Shown piece by piece: positions 1-11,690 of a stretch of 36,513 nucleotides of DNA. This stretch comes from Octopus bimaculoides (taxonomy: Eukaryota): assembly GCF_001194135.2 (NCBI RefSeq), contig NC_068991.1:41539964-41576476 (forward strand), read 5' to 3'. The notes beneath the pieces were generated by a model that saw nothing but the letters and a program-made list of their open reading frames with translations, was not told the DNA's origin and ran no database searches. Made by a program: the position numbers and the translations under genes. Positions within the stretch are counted from its first letter, which is position 1. Each line of letters starts with the position of its first letter.

Positions 1-140
1 CCCTCTCCCTATCTCTCCTGCTCTCTCTCCCCCTACCTCTCCTGTTCTCTCTCTCCCTACCTCTCCTGCTCTCTCTCTCCCTACCTCTCCTGCTCTCTCT
101 CTCCCTACCTCTCCTGCTCTCTCTCTCTCTCTCTCCCTCT
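1..140. repeat. CT-rich minisatellite (variants of ctctcctgctctctctctccctac, about 5 units)
   Basis: Direct tandem units visible at the window start. Confidence 0.85.
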
Positions 141-214
141 GACACACTCACACATACAGACATACCCACACACAGGCAGAAATACATGCGCGTGCGCAAC
201 ACATACAATGTTGG

Positions 215-535
215 TGAAGCATGGCCAAAATGGTTAAGAAGTTGGCTTCTTAAAGACGAAATACCGGTTTCGATCCCACTGCATGAAGTCTTGGTCAAAT
301 GTCTACCCTTGCCTTGTGACTTAAATAGGGAAACTATATAGAAGCTGGTCTTGAGGTTAGTATCTGCAATTCCAAAAGCTACATTTTTGTCATCTGGTCG
401 TGTCACACTGATTCTGCCTGAGAATTACATTAAGGGATCAAGTTTCTCCTGAATACCCAAGCACTTAAACTTTATTTCAGAAGCAGGTTATTCACCTGAT
501 TGGACAAAGAAATCCTCATAATCGAACGATGAAGA
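215..535 (+). mobile_element. Degenerate tRNA-derived SINE (family A), carried in the duplicated unit
   Basis: A-box-like tggccaaaatgg, B-box-like ggtttcgatccc, body gtgtcacactgattctgcctgagaattacattaaggg, CA-rich tail; same sequence at the same position beside copies 4, 5, 7 and 8. Confidence 0.7.
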
Positions 536-1021
536 TCCACCACACACACGATCGCATGCACACGCAAGCACACACGCACACACACAGACTCACACATGCA
601 CACACACTCACATACCGACATAGACGAATACACTCACACACACCGTACACACATTCACACATGTCCATACATGCCATCTAAACACCGCCAGCTACGCACC
701 CACAGACACAACCATACACGCACATATAACCCACTGCATAATAGCAAAATCGAAGGTCAACCTGTGAGGAATGGACCATACAAGTTGTTTCCACATAAAC
801 AACTATTATTGTGACTGCTTTTCTGTTCACACGAACAATTGTTTTTCCATTTTTTACTCGTCCCGTCTACGTTTCGATCTATAACAGCGAACACACCGAA
901 TAAAACATAAAGCGATTGACAAATTGACATTAAAACCTAGTAAAGAAGTTGGAGATGTTGCGCGTTAGAACTTAACTAGTGATCAGTAAAATTTGTTTGG
1001 AAAGAATCTTTTAGTTATAAC

Positions 1022-1168
1022 CTGAAGTTTTTGAGGAAGAACATATCTTTTCGGTGCATAAAACGTCTCCACTGGGCTTGCATGTGCACTGATTACATTC
1101 ATCTATGGCGATGAACGTTTGCCCAATTACGTATACTTTTCCGTAGTAGCGGCATTCTATTTTAGTGA
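1022..1168 (-). CDS. Internal exon, pacifastin/VWC-like 6-Cys module, copy 1 (VTKIECRYYGKVYVIGQTFIAIDECNQCTCKPSGDVLCTEKICSSSKTS)
   Basis: Minus-strand acceptor tttcttttcag|TC and donor G|gttata; 147 bp, phase 1-1; six Cys in pattern C-x18-CNxCxC-x3-G-x3-CT-x3-C; no stop or frameshift. Confidence 0.85.
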
Positions 1169-1344
1169 CTGAAAAGAAAAATGTGTAGAAATTCAAGATG
1201 AAACTGAAGCTTCCTCGGTCATGGAATATAACAACAAAAATATTGATCAGCTCAGCCTTGCACATACACAAAAGCACAAATATACATAGAGATATACTTA
1301 TAAAGATATTGCGACGAGGGCCTATCATATATATATCTATATAC

Positions 1345-1641
1345 AATGGACTCCCCTGTCGAAGATGACGTATGAGTGTCCAGCTTTAACCGAATGTTGT
1401 GCACAACCAATTTGTTTATAGTGATCAAGTTTATGTACTATACATTAGCTCATTCCCTCCATCAAATCGACGTTGTCTGTATAGGTGAACAGTGTACCAC
1501 GCGTCAGGTGTTGAATTTATTGCTGAGCAATGTCAGACTAAGTGAAGAACACAACGCACTAACCTGTCTAGAAAATGAAACCGCGATCCCGAGATCGTGA
1601 GTACAACGACCACATCACTAGGTCATGCGTTCTCGATCGCA
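1345..1641 (-). mobile_element. tRNA-derived SINE (family B), upstream of copy 1
   Basis: Minus strand gcatgacctagtgatgtggtcg (A-box-like) then degenerate B-box region and gtcgatttgatggagggaatgagctaatg body; TA tail. Confidence 0.65.
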
Positions 1642-1935
1642 TTTAAATATAAACATAATAACTGCAATCAAGATATAAATGGTAACGGATCAGACTGTTG
1701 CCTTAGTTAGGCGTGCCTACGAGCAACCAAAAATAGAGACGCTATATATATATATATATAGTAAATGCGTTTCAGTCCGTTCCACTTTCTGGCCTGTAAC
1801 AGCGAAAATACTGAATAAAACATAGAAACCGATTGAGGTATTGACATTTAACCCTGGTCAAGGAGTTGGAGATGTGCATTAGAACTTAACTAGTGATCAA
1901 TAAAATCTGTTTGAAAAACACGTTTCAGTTATTAC

Positions 1936-2082
1936 CTGTAGTTTTGGAGGAAGAACATATCTTTTCGGTGCATAAAACGTCTCCACTGGGCTTGCATGTG
2001 CACTGGTTACATTTATCGAAGGCTATGAATGTCTGCCCAATTACGTATACTTTTCCATAGTAGTGGCATTCTATTTTAGTTA
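1936..2082 (-). CDS. Internal exon, pacifastin/VWC-like module, copy 2 (VTKIECHYYGKVYVIGQTFIAFDKCNQCTCKPSGDVLCTEKICSSSKTT)
   Basis: Translated by hand (absent from ORF track); acceptor ccttttcag|TA, donor G|gtaata; 147 bp; all six Cys intact. Confidence 0.88.
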
Positions 2083-2267
2083 CTGAAAAGGAAAAAAAAA
2101 AAGTTGTGTACGAATTAACGATGAAACTGAAGCTTCCTCAGTCATAGAATATAACAACAAAAATATTNNNNNNNNNNNNNNNNNNNNNNNNNNNNNNNNN
2201 NNNNNNNNNNNNNNNNNNNNNNNNNNNNNNNNNNNNNNNNNNNNNNNNNNNNNNNNNNNNNNNNNNN

Positions 2268-2307
<40 letters not shown>

Positions 2308-2316
2308 ATGATAAGG

Positions 2317-3170
2317 ATAATAATTGTCCGAGTTGTATTTCGATCACACCAACTGCATATTGTTACATATTTATATCCAACGATTTATGCATTTTTAGTA
2401 CGATTTCTTCAGGGTATGTAAATACAACATTGTTCGAAGAGTAATTTTACTCCACTATTAGTTTGAATTAGGCTTGGTAGTAATAATGAACCATGATATT
2501 CTACGATGAGATGTTCTTCTCAACTGATAATAACTACGTAGTAAGAACCACATCGTTATTAAAAGAAGTATTCATTTGTATTTTAAATTCTTCTAACTTT
2601 TATCATTGGTATTGTTTTAAAGTGTTTTTCGGTTATATTATATATAATCTTATAAATTGAATTCTATTCATATATTCTTTATATGCGTTTCTTGAAATAT
2701 ATAAATTAATGCATTCTATTATTTAAATATTTCACAAAGAAAACGTTGTTTGTGTAAGCAATTAAAACTTCTTTCTTGTCTAATGTTAACTAATTTATTT
2801 TTCGAAGTAAATTGAAATCTATCAAAATGCAATCGGACTATAAAGTATGTAGAATCAATAAAAAATAAGTATTCTATAAATAACCACTATCCAACTAGCC
2901 ACGAACATTTGCCAACTTCAACAAACACCGAATTTTACCCAAACAATCAGTTGAAAAAACATCTCATCGTAGAATGTCATGGTTTACTACTATTACCAAG
3001 CCTAATTCAAACTAATAACGGAGGAAAATTCCTGTTCGAACAATGTCATACTTATATACAAATAATCCATGAGCAAATAATGCATGAGCAAATAATGCAT
3101 GAATCGCTGCATATAAATATGCAACAATATGCAGTTAGTGCGATAGAAACACGTGTCGGACAATTATTAT
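2317..3170. repeat. Diverged long inverted repeat (arms about 2317-2528 and 2946-3170), possibly an old Penelope-like remnant
   Basis: Reverse complement of 2317-2528 aligns with 2946-3170 (catctcatcgtagaa..., ttaccaagcctaattcaaactaat, tcggacaattattat); translation weakly recalls the Penelope RRxxWF...TNxGxKF region. Confidence 0.65.
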
Positions 3171-3406
3171 GAATAAACTAACTTGTAATAAAGATAAAGC
3201 TTGAATGTTCCAATTCTTCATTCTCCTTATTATCAATATTGTACTTTACACTCTAAGTAGCCAAGAAATAAACTGGAACATCAGATGGGAGCTAAAGTAA
3301 GTTGACAAAAAAAATGCACCATCTGAAGGAACCAGCCTTGGCTTTTCACTCAGAGAAATTCGGAATCTGCCTGGATATTATACCCCTCCTCTTACTACAT
3401 ATATGC

Positions 3407-3410
<4 letters not shown>

Positions 3411-3451
<41 letters not shown>

Positions 3452-3693
3452 TGTGTGTGTGAGTGTGTGTGAGTGAGTGTGTATGCGTGTGCGTGTATGT
3501 ATATATATATAAATATATATATATGTGTAGACGTCTAGGTACACACGTTCATGTATACGTATGTCCCGGTGCGTGTGCGTATCTGTGGGTTTGTGTGTTG
3601 GGCCTTTGAGCGTGCGTGTCTTTCTGTATTTGTGAGTGCCTTACAGTGCATGTGTACATACATACATACGTACATACATATATACATGCACAC

Positions 3694-3784
<91 letters not shown>

Positions 3785-3800
3785 TATATACATATATATC
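3411..3800. repeat. (GT)n and (CA)n microsatellite cluster
   Basis: Directly visible; explains the six overlapping CV/HT ORFs here. Confidence 0.95.
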
Positions 3801-4120
3801 GTTGCTATTATGCAAAATGTCAGAAAACGAAAAATTAGTTTCACTTTTCCATAGCAAAACCGTTGTACTTGTACTTTGACAACTTTTGATATACTGGCAT
3901 CTGAATCAGCAGGAGATACGATAGTTTGACAAAAAAAAACAAAACAAAAAAGCAAAATTAAATATTGAAAAAAATGTATTTGGCCAAATTTGGACACACG
4001 CCAGTTTAACATAATAGCAAAGATATATTTGCACTGATGCATCTAATTGCTTGTTGGATATACGCTTTTTTTATATACATCTTTATTGACTTTCCCATAG
4101 TTGGGGCCCTTTCCTATATA

Positions 4121-4595
4121 CCGTAAATATTCGAGTATAATCCGCATTTTTTTGCCACAAATTTAAAGGTCAAGATCTCTAGTGCGTACTATATACTAGA
4201 TTAAAAATGAAAAATATTTTCTAAGCAATGTCCGAGTATCTATTTCCTGTCCAGCAATGTTTATTCAGGCGCATTTTATGATTTCGGGCGCGAAAATACC
4301 TTAAGCTAATACCTGAAGCTATATTTTTTTTTCACTGACGTTATTACTGTTATTTCTTTATTTTCTGCAAAGTGCACAAAAAAGTTACACGTTTGCATTA
4401 TGTTATATATACAATAATAATAAAGGACGTTACTGTATATACGTTTACAAACCAAGGACGTTATATAGACCTCCTTGACTCAAGCTAGAGAAGGGGTGCG
4501 TATTATACACAAGGTTTAGGTTTTTCAGAGGTACAACCCCCTAAAAATCCGCTGCGTATTATACTCAAGGGCGGACTATACTCGAGGATTTACGG
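4121..4595. mobile_element. Non-autonomous Tc1/mariner-superfamily MITE (Tc2/pogo-like termini)
   Basis: TIRs ccgtaaatattcgagtataatccgc / gcggactatactcgaggatttacgg (22 of 25 match), flanked by TA at 4119-4120 and 4596-4597; subterminal gcgtattatac repeats; 475 bp, no ORF. Confidence 0.85.
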
Positions 4596-5239
4596 TAATC
4601 ACAAATGTAATTCTTTCCCAAATAAATTGCACTTCATATTCGAGGTTCCGATGAAGCTGTAAAGTGTTACTGAGGCACTCAGCTGTGAGTCCATTGCACC
4701 TTATTAGTTTACNNNNNNNNNNNNNNNNNNNNNNNNNNNNNNNNNNNNNNNNNNNNNNNNNNNNNNNNNNNNNNNNNNNNNNNNNNNNNNNNNNNNNNNN
4801 NNNNNNNNNNNNNNNNNNNNNNNNNNNNNNNNNNNNNNNNNNNNNNNNNNNNNNNNNNNNNNNNNNNNNNNNNNNNNNNNNNNNNNNNNNNNNNNNNNNN
4901 NNNNNNNNNNNNNNNNNNNNNNNNNNNNNNNNNNNNNNNNNNNNNNNNNNNNNNNNNNNNNNNNNNNNNNNNNNNNNNNNNNNNNNNNNNNNNNNNNNNN
5001 NNNNNNNNNNNNNNNNNNNNNNNNNNNNNNNNNNNNNNNNNNNNNNNNNNNNNNNNNNNNNNNNNNNNNNNNNNNNNNNNNNNNNNNNNNNNNNNNNNNN
5101 NNNNNNNNNNNNNNNNNNNNNNNNNNNNNNNNNNNNNNNNNNNNNNNNNNNNNNNNNNNNNNNNNNNNNNNNNNNNNNNNNNNNNNNNNNNNNNNNNNNN
5201 NNNNTATATATATATATATGTATGTGTGTGTATGTGTTT

Positions 5240-5430
5240 GTGTGTCTGTGTTTGACAACCGATGTTGGTGTGTTTACGTCCCCGTAACCTAGCGGTTCGG
5301 CAAAAGAGACTGATAGAATAAGTACTAGGCCTCCAAAGAATAAGTCATGGGGTCGATTTGCTCGACTAAAGGCGGTGCTCCAGCATGGCCACAGTCAAAT
5401 GACTGAAACAAGTAAAAGAGTAAAAGAGTA
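5240..5430 (+). mobile_element. 3' half of cephalopod-type tRNA SINE (family C)
   Basis: gtgtttacgtccccgtaacctagcggttcggcaaaagag...ggcggtgctccagcatggcc...aagtaaaagagtaaaagag tail; homologous to 24801-25190, 29490-29705 and 34987-35447. Confidence 0.8.
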
Positions 5431-5989
5431 TATATATAATGTATGATGAATTTATGGAATGAAGTTCCATAAACCCCATCAAATTCGTTAAAAATGGAGG
5501 AAACAAGTTGTTAAAATGTATAAGAAATTTAATTTTTGCAGATGATCGTTTCGTACAAAGATATAATAATATAAATTCATGATTGAATTGAATTAAATAA
5601 ATATCATCGTACTCTTCAGTGCAGGAAGGAAAGAAATCATAATACAAGGAACTTAAAAAAGAATAGAGCAGAAAAAATTGGATCTAGGAGAGTCATATTG
5701 CTATCCATGTGAGAGAGAGATGGGAGTCATGTCAGATATTGAACCATAACTAACGGCTTAACGATTATTTGAAGATATAAATAAAGAGGTGTCGGAGACG
5801 TTCCCTCAATAGATAAGTATGGAAATTAGAGTTATAGCTCCATATAGGCAGCGTAGAGCGAGTAAGCAACCTACGTATATGTATCTAGAGGATAATTTCT
5901 TCTTTTAATAAGAAAAATGATCTATTCTATAATTAAAAAAAAATTACTAAAACTGTACTTAGTACCTCCAATAATAATACTATTAATAA

Positions 5990-6430
5990 TACATCTCATA
6001 ATTCTACAATTAACAACAATAATACTGCTAATACCTGTGAAGTAGATAGAAATTGTAAAAATGAAAGAAGTTGTATACCAAGTAACTATTATAACTCAGG
6101 ACTCCTCTAGATACATATACGTAGGTTGCACCCAAAACTCAATTAAATCGAGAATTTCTAACCATAAATCTACTTTTGGGGACCATCGAAAAGAGAATAG
6201 TACAGGACTATCTAAAAAAATTTGGCACTTCAAAAGAAACAATATAAATTTCTCCATTTCTTGGAAAATCTTATCTTCTTCCCTGTCTTGTAGAAATAAT
6301 AATAAAATTTGCAGGTTATGTTTAGAAGATAGCTATAATATAATGAGAATGAATGGAAATTTGGTTAATACTAGGAATGAAAAGTTTTCTCATGTAAACA
6401 CATGATCAAATTCCTATTCATTAATCTAAA
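5990..6430 (+). mobile_element. Penelope-like retroelement fragment, GIY-YIG endonuclease
   Basis: ORF 6061..6405: VVYQV...YIYVGCT...RISNHKS...LSKKIW...WKIL...CRLCLED, the GIY-YIG/CCHH tail typical of Penelope-like elements. Confidence 0.85.
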
Positions 6431-7123
6431 ATAACTCTTCACTCACCTTTTTCTTAGTTTGATATTTAAAAAAAATATATCTATATATTACCTTTTAGTA
6501 TGTAATATAATTACTCCTCACATCCCCTTTACATTACAATATCTTATATTATCTTCATACATTTTTTCTTAAATATTTCCTTCTGATAGCTGCGTGACCC
6601 CCTATATATAGGGCCATCACTTTATCTATGTCGCCCTATACTTTTCCCTCCACACGCTTTGGATATAGGAACTTATATCTTTCCTTAGTATGTAATATAT
6701 CTATACAGTTATGTACTTTATTTGTATACTGTGTCCATGTACTCACTTTCTTGTACCTTTCTACCCCCCTCTCAACATACCTATTTCAACTATTGTTTAT
6801 GTTATTAGTTACTATACTTTATAATTTCGTGTATTTTACTACTAGCATATGTACACATGTATGCACATATACGCCTTTAATATGATCTACATGTCTACAT
6901 ATATAGTTATGATCTTATATGTACCTATGTGTGTACGCTTATATATATATATGTTTATTTTCATGTATATATATGTAGGTACATGAATGTATATTAATAT
7001 GAACGTGTGTATCTGCGTATATATGTGAGTATATTTGCATATATATATACAATTTATTGTGTGTGTGTGTATTCATATGTATGTGTGTGTGTTCTTTTTT
7101 GCGCATGTATGGGTATATTTGTA

Positions 7124-7207
<84 letters not shown>

Positions 7208-8364
7208 GTATATGTATGTATGTATGTTTGTATGTATGTATGCATATATATTTTAATTGTGTATCTACACGAATTCCTGTATCTATATACCCATGTGTAA
7301 ATAGGCCTCTATACACGTATGATTAAACATTCACACACTCTTCTCCATATTAGATTATCTTTTTTCCATATTTTGTGTAAATTTTTGTACACTTATGTGT
7401 ACCCGTCTACTCGTAGTTTTTTTTCTAATATTTATACTGGCACGGCACCCCTACAACTCGTATATCATTACGACCATACTGCCATTCTATATCCTTCTCA
7501 TATAATACTAAGCTGGATTATTACCTTTGAAAAAATCTTTTTTATATATATACTAAAATGCACCTTCTGTATAACCCACACATCCCTATCCAAATTTTTA
7601 TGTTTTTACTTTCTCCGCTTAATTATCTCCCCTACATTTACTTTGGTCTACGTCACTTTATAGCCCATTTAAATTCACATTTTTATCTTTATTACTATAT
7701 CTCCTAGGCACCATAAGTACATACTACTTCAATTGTAATAGTAACAATTGCTTCTCTGTTTTTACTTATTTTCTCCTTTATTATTAATACGTGTTACATT
7801 AATATGATTTTTATGTAAACATTAGTAATTAATATACTTCATCTTCTTTCTTTATAACTCACCCTCATTCCTCTATTTACTACTATTTTTTTACGTTAAC
7901 TACTTAGTATTAGCTTCTCATATATCACTTCTTCACGCTAAACTTCATTCTTCTGTATGGAGTTTTTAAAATATATTATACTACGTAGTGATTTCAACGG
8001 TTAGGTTTAATTTACATTTGGTATTGTCCTCCCACCACAGACACACCCATACAAACACACATACACACGACCTACTGCATATAGCAAAATCAATGGCCAA
8101 CCTGGACGGAAAGGACCATACAAGTTGTTGGCCACATAAACAATTATATTTGTGATTGCCTTTAATTTCACAGGAACAAGTGTTTTTCCATTTTTTACTC
8201 GTCCCGTCCACGATTCGATCTGTAACAGCAAACACACTGAATAAAACACAGAAATTCATTGACATATTGACATTTAAACCACGTCACGAAGTTGGAGATG
8301 TTGCACATTTGAACTTAACTAGTGATCAATAAAATCTGTTTGAAAAACATGCTTTAGTTATTAC

Positions 8365-8511
8365 CTGTAGTTTTTGAGAGAGGACATGTCTTTTCGGTGC
8401 ATAGAATATCTCCAGTGAATTTACAAATGCACTGATTGCAATTATCTATTGCTATGAATGTTTGCCCAGTTACGTATACTTTTCCGTAGTAGCGGCATTC
8501 TATTTTAGTTA
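8365..8511 (-). CDS. Internal exon, pacifastin/VWC-like module, copy 3 (VTKIECRYYGKVYVTGQTFIAIDNCNQCICKFTGDILCTEKTCPLSKTT)
   Basis: Long poly-T tract plus cag acceptor, G|gtaata donor; 147 bp; lies within ORF 8354..8572. Confidence 0.88.
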
Positions 8512-8517
8512 CTGAAA

Positions 8518-8560
<43 letters not shown>

Positions 8561-8721
8561 TGTAAGATTCAAGATTAAACTGAAGCTTCTTCAGTCATAG
8601 AATATAACAACAAAAATATTGATCAGCTCAGCTACACACATTCACAAAAGCACAAATATATATAGAGACGTACATACAGAAATATTGCGACGAGAGTCTA
8701 TCATATATATATCTATATACG

Positions 8722-9026
8722 ATGGACTCCCCCGTCAAGACGATGTATGAGTGTCCATCCAGCTTCAACCGAACGATCTGCACAACAGATTTGCTTATAG
8801 TGATCAAGCTTATGTACTGTACATTAGCTCACTCCCTCCATCAAATCGACGTTGTCTGAACAGGTGCTCGCTGTACAATGCATCAGGTGTTGAAGTGATC
8901 GCTGAGCAACGTTAGTGGAAGTATTTTGGTGAAGAACACAACGCACCACCCGGTCTAGGAAATGAAACCATGGTCCCGCGATCATGAGTGTAACGACTCA
9001 CAACTTGGTCATGCGTTCTCGATCGC
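8722..9026 (-). mobile_element. SINE family B, upstream of copy 3
   Basis: Same sequence and same insertion position relative to the exon as 1345-1641. Confidence 0.65.
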
Positions 9027-9902
9027 GGTTATATATACTTATAACCGTGATCGGCATATGAATGGTAACGGAACATACTTTTACCTTAATTCGGCGTACC
9101 TAAAGCATCCAAAAGTAGAGACAGAACACACATACACACGNNNNNNNNNNNNNNNNNNNNNNNNNNNNNNNNNNNNNNNNNNNNNNNNNNNNNNNNNNNN
9201 NNNNNNNNNNNNNNNNNNNNNNNNNNNNNNNNNNNNNNNNNNNNNNNNNNNNNNNNNNNNNNNNNNNNNNNNNNNNNNNNNNNNNNNNNNNNNNNNNNNN
9301 NNNNNNNNNNNNNNNNNNNNNNNNNNNNNNNNNNNNNNNNNNNNNNNNNNNNNNNNNNNNNNNNNNNNNNNNNNNNNNNNNNNNNNNNNNNNNNNNNNNN
9401 NNNNNNNNNNNNNNNNNNNNNNNNNNNNNNNNNNNNNNNNNNNNNNNNNNNNNNNNNNNNNNNNNNNNNNNNNNNNNNNNNNNNNNNNNNNNNNNNNNNN
9501 NNNNNNNNNNNNNNNNNNNNNNNNNNNNNNNNNNNNNNNNNNNNNNNNNNNNNNNNNNNNNNNNNNNNNNNNNNNNNNNNNNNNNNNNNNNNNNNNNNNN
9601 NNNNNNNNNNNNNNNNNNNNNNNNNNNNNNNNNNNNNNNNNNNNNNNNNNNNNNNNNNNNNNNNNNNNNNNNNNNNNNNNNNNNNNNNNNNNNNNNNNNN
9701 NNNNNNNNNNNNNNNNNNNNNNNNNNNNNNNNNNNNNNNNNNNNNNNNNNNNNNNNNNNNNNNNNNNNNNNNNNNNNNNNNNNNNNNNNNNNNNNNNNNN
9801 NNNNNNNNNNNNNNNNNNNNNNNNNNNNNNNNNNNNNNNNNNNNNNNNNNNNNNNNNNNNNNNNNNNNNNNNNNNNNNNNNNNNNNNNNNNNNNNNNNNN
9901 GA

Positions 9903-10719
9903 TGTAGTGATATATATTTGTAATAGAAGTTAATTAGTGTAACTCTTGAGTCACCAATTTGTAACGGTAGAAGTTTATTTTTTGTAACGGTTGAAATTAA
10001 TTTGTAAACAATAATATGGAACGTCGGAGTCGTAATCAGTTTGTAAGGATTGGTTCTTCGTTGATTGCCATTATGTGAAGATGAAAGAACAGTGATTGAA
10101 GTTGTAAAGAAAATATTTATTTTACCGTTACATTGTAAAATACCTTGCCTCGACGGTCAGGTGATAAAATTAAAAAGCATGCGTAGTAAAGAGAGATGTT
10201 GTAGATTTTCCTTGTATAGTTTGGGTTTGTGTTCTAGACATTGTGTAGTAGTAATTACAGATAGAAATAGAGTGCTGTTGTAATAGAAAATAAAGTGAGC
10301 TAGTGAGAGTGATAGAGTGTGGGACGAAACAACTGCTTCGTTGGTGAGTTACCATAGTTTTCTTTTTGTGCCCTTTTCTTTTGTGACGGCGTTTTGTTCA
10401 GCCGGTCAGCCAGACTCAGTTTTCACTAACTCACTGACTTTTGCTTGGGGGTTCTTGTTTTTATAACTATCCAGAAGGATAGACATATCGTTGAGAACAA
10501 TAGATTTCGTTGGTGGCGCTTGTTATCTTAATTCTAGCGTTTGGTAGATTATAAGAAGTTAGAAAATTCAAGTGGTGAAGACATTATTTTCCTTAGCTAA
10601 GGCATCTGCTGTCACAGAAAAAAACTATTGTTTTACCGTCAGAAAAGTGCTGTTGGAGTGTTAATTTAAATTTAGCCATCTAGGATCGAATCTAATTCAT
10701 GCCTGCAAGGTCCACTACA
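9903..10719. mobile_element. Probable solo LTR
   Basis: Begins TGTAGTG and ends CACTACA (7-bp perfect terminal inverted repeat), 817 bp, internal aataaa; interrupts the unit-4 flank that resumes at 10720; TSD not confirmed because the left flank abuts a gap. Confidence 0.5.
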
Positions 10720-11204
10720 TATTGCTAAAACTTAAAGCAAACACTAAACAGACTGACAGAAATGTAATAGTGATCGCGATAGTAGAAAGAATAACTGGGA
10801 GCACAGGTCGAATGCCATCTCTGCCACCTTCTTTTCGGACCTGCTTGAAGAATGCGTTTTAGAAGATATTTTTTCCTTCGACGTCAAGGAAATAAGTAAG
10901 AGATTGCCTACAATGGAATTCTTTTGTCTGATACATACACACGGACAAGCAATTTTTACGAGCGGCACGAGCAAGTCACTGATGGAAAACTTATTGCGAT
11001 GGAAAACCTATTTTATTTTACTTACGCTGTCATCAATCGTCAGGTCAGAAAGATAACGGCTGTCACCTTGATATGTCTTTTGTTTTCATATGCCGCGATC
11101 TATTACTCTCTCTTTCTCTTACACACATACACACACACGCACACACATACGCACACATGCAAACACACACAGACACGCGCGCGCGCACACACACAGAGTA
11201 GGCA

Positions 11205-11690
11205 CAGTTCGGCCGAAATGGTTAAGAAGTTATTGTTGTAGAGACGAGATTCCAGTTTCGATCCCAGTGCATAGCATCCTCGTCAAATGACTTAGACACA
11301 GATTGACCCATAACTTTTGACGTATGTGAGGAAACAATATAGAAAGTTGTCAGGAGGGTTATAGCTGCAGTTCCAAGAGGTACATTCTTGTCATATACTG
11401 TGTCATTTTGATTCTGCCTTAGAATTACATTAAGGGCACATGTTTCTCTGGAATACCTAACCACTTAAACGTCATTTACATTATTTACATTTGACGGATA
11501 TTCGTCCTCATCTTGTCCAAACAAGATGAGGACGAATATCCGTCAAATGTAAATAATGTAAATAATGTAAATAATTCCTCATCTCTTAAATATAGAACTG
11601 TATCACTTAAACGTCATTTCAAAAGCAGATTAATCACTTAAGCGAACAACTGAATCCTCATGTTCGACCGATGTAGATCCACCGAACACA
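11205..11690 (+). mobile_element. SINE family A copy (unit 4), interrupted by a 126-bp insertion
   Basis: Homologous to 215-535; insertion at 11478-11603. Confidence 0.7.
11474..11563. repeat. Perfect 43-bp-arm inverted repeat with 4-nt loop, within an insertion flanked by a 16-bp direct repeat
   Basis: Arms 11474-11516 and 11521-11563 are exact reverse complements; cacttaaacgtcattt at 11462-11477 and 11604-11619. Confidence 0.95.

Noticed and set aside
215-300. tRNA-like A and B boxes as true tRNA genes (also 24801-24870 and 35370-35447)
   Set aside because: No complete cloverleaf; the boxes continue into SINE bodies repeated across the window
730-900. Candidate second or terminal exon about 100 bp downstream of each 6-Cys exon (ttttattcag|TG TGT TCG CTG TTA CA..., giving VCSLLQ.GKW...GN* in units 6, 7 and 8; also ORFs 7981..8265, 8007..8249 and 15807..16082)
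   Set aside because: The acceptor is mutated in unit 1, there are early stops in units 1 and 5, a frameshift in unit 4, read-through in unit 3 and partial deletion in unit 2. Changes between units 6 and 7 are mostly non-synonymous. Best explained as co-duplicated intron.
3850-3910. Minus-strand [20 protein letters not shown], superficially like CRYYGKV, after a cag
   Set aside because: Only one Cys, no further similarity to the module, no good phase-1 donor; probably chance
4664-5287. Long ORF-track entries rich in X, or in HT/CV/YI repeats (also 8962..9933, 14139..15212, 22327..23175, 32250..33326 and others)
   Set aside because: They run through N-gaps or dinucleotide microsatellites and are not coding
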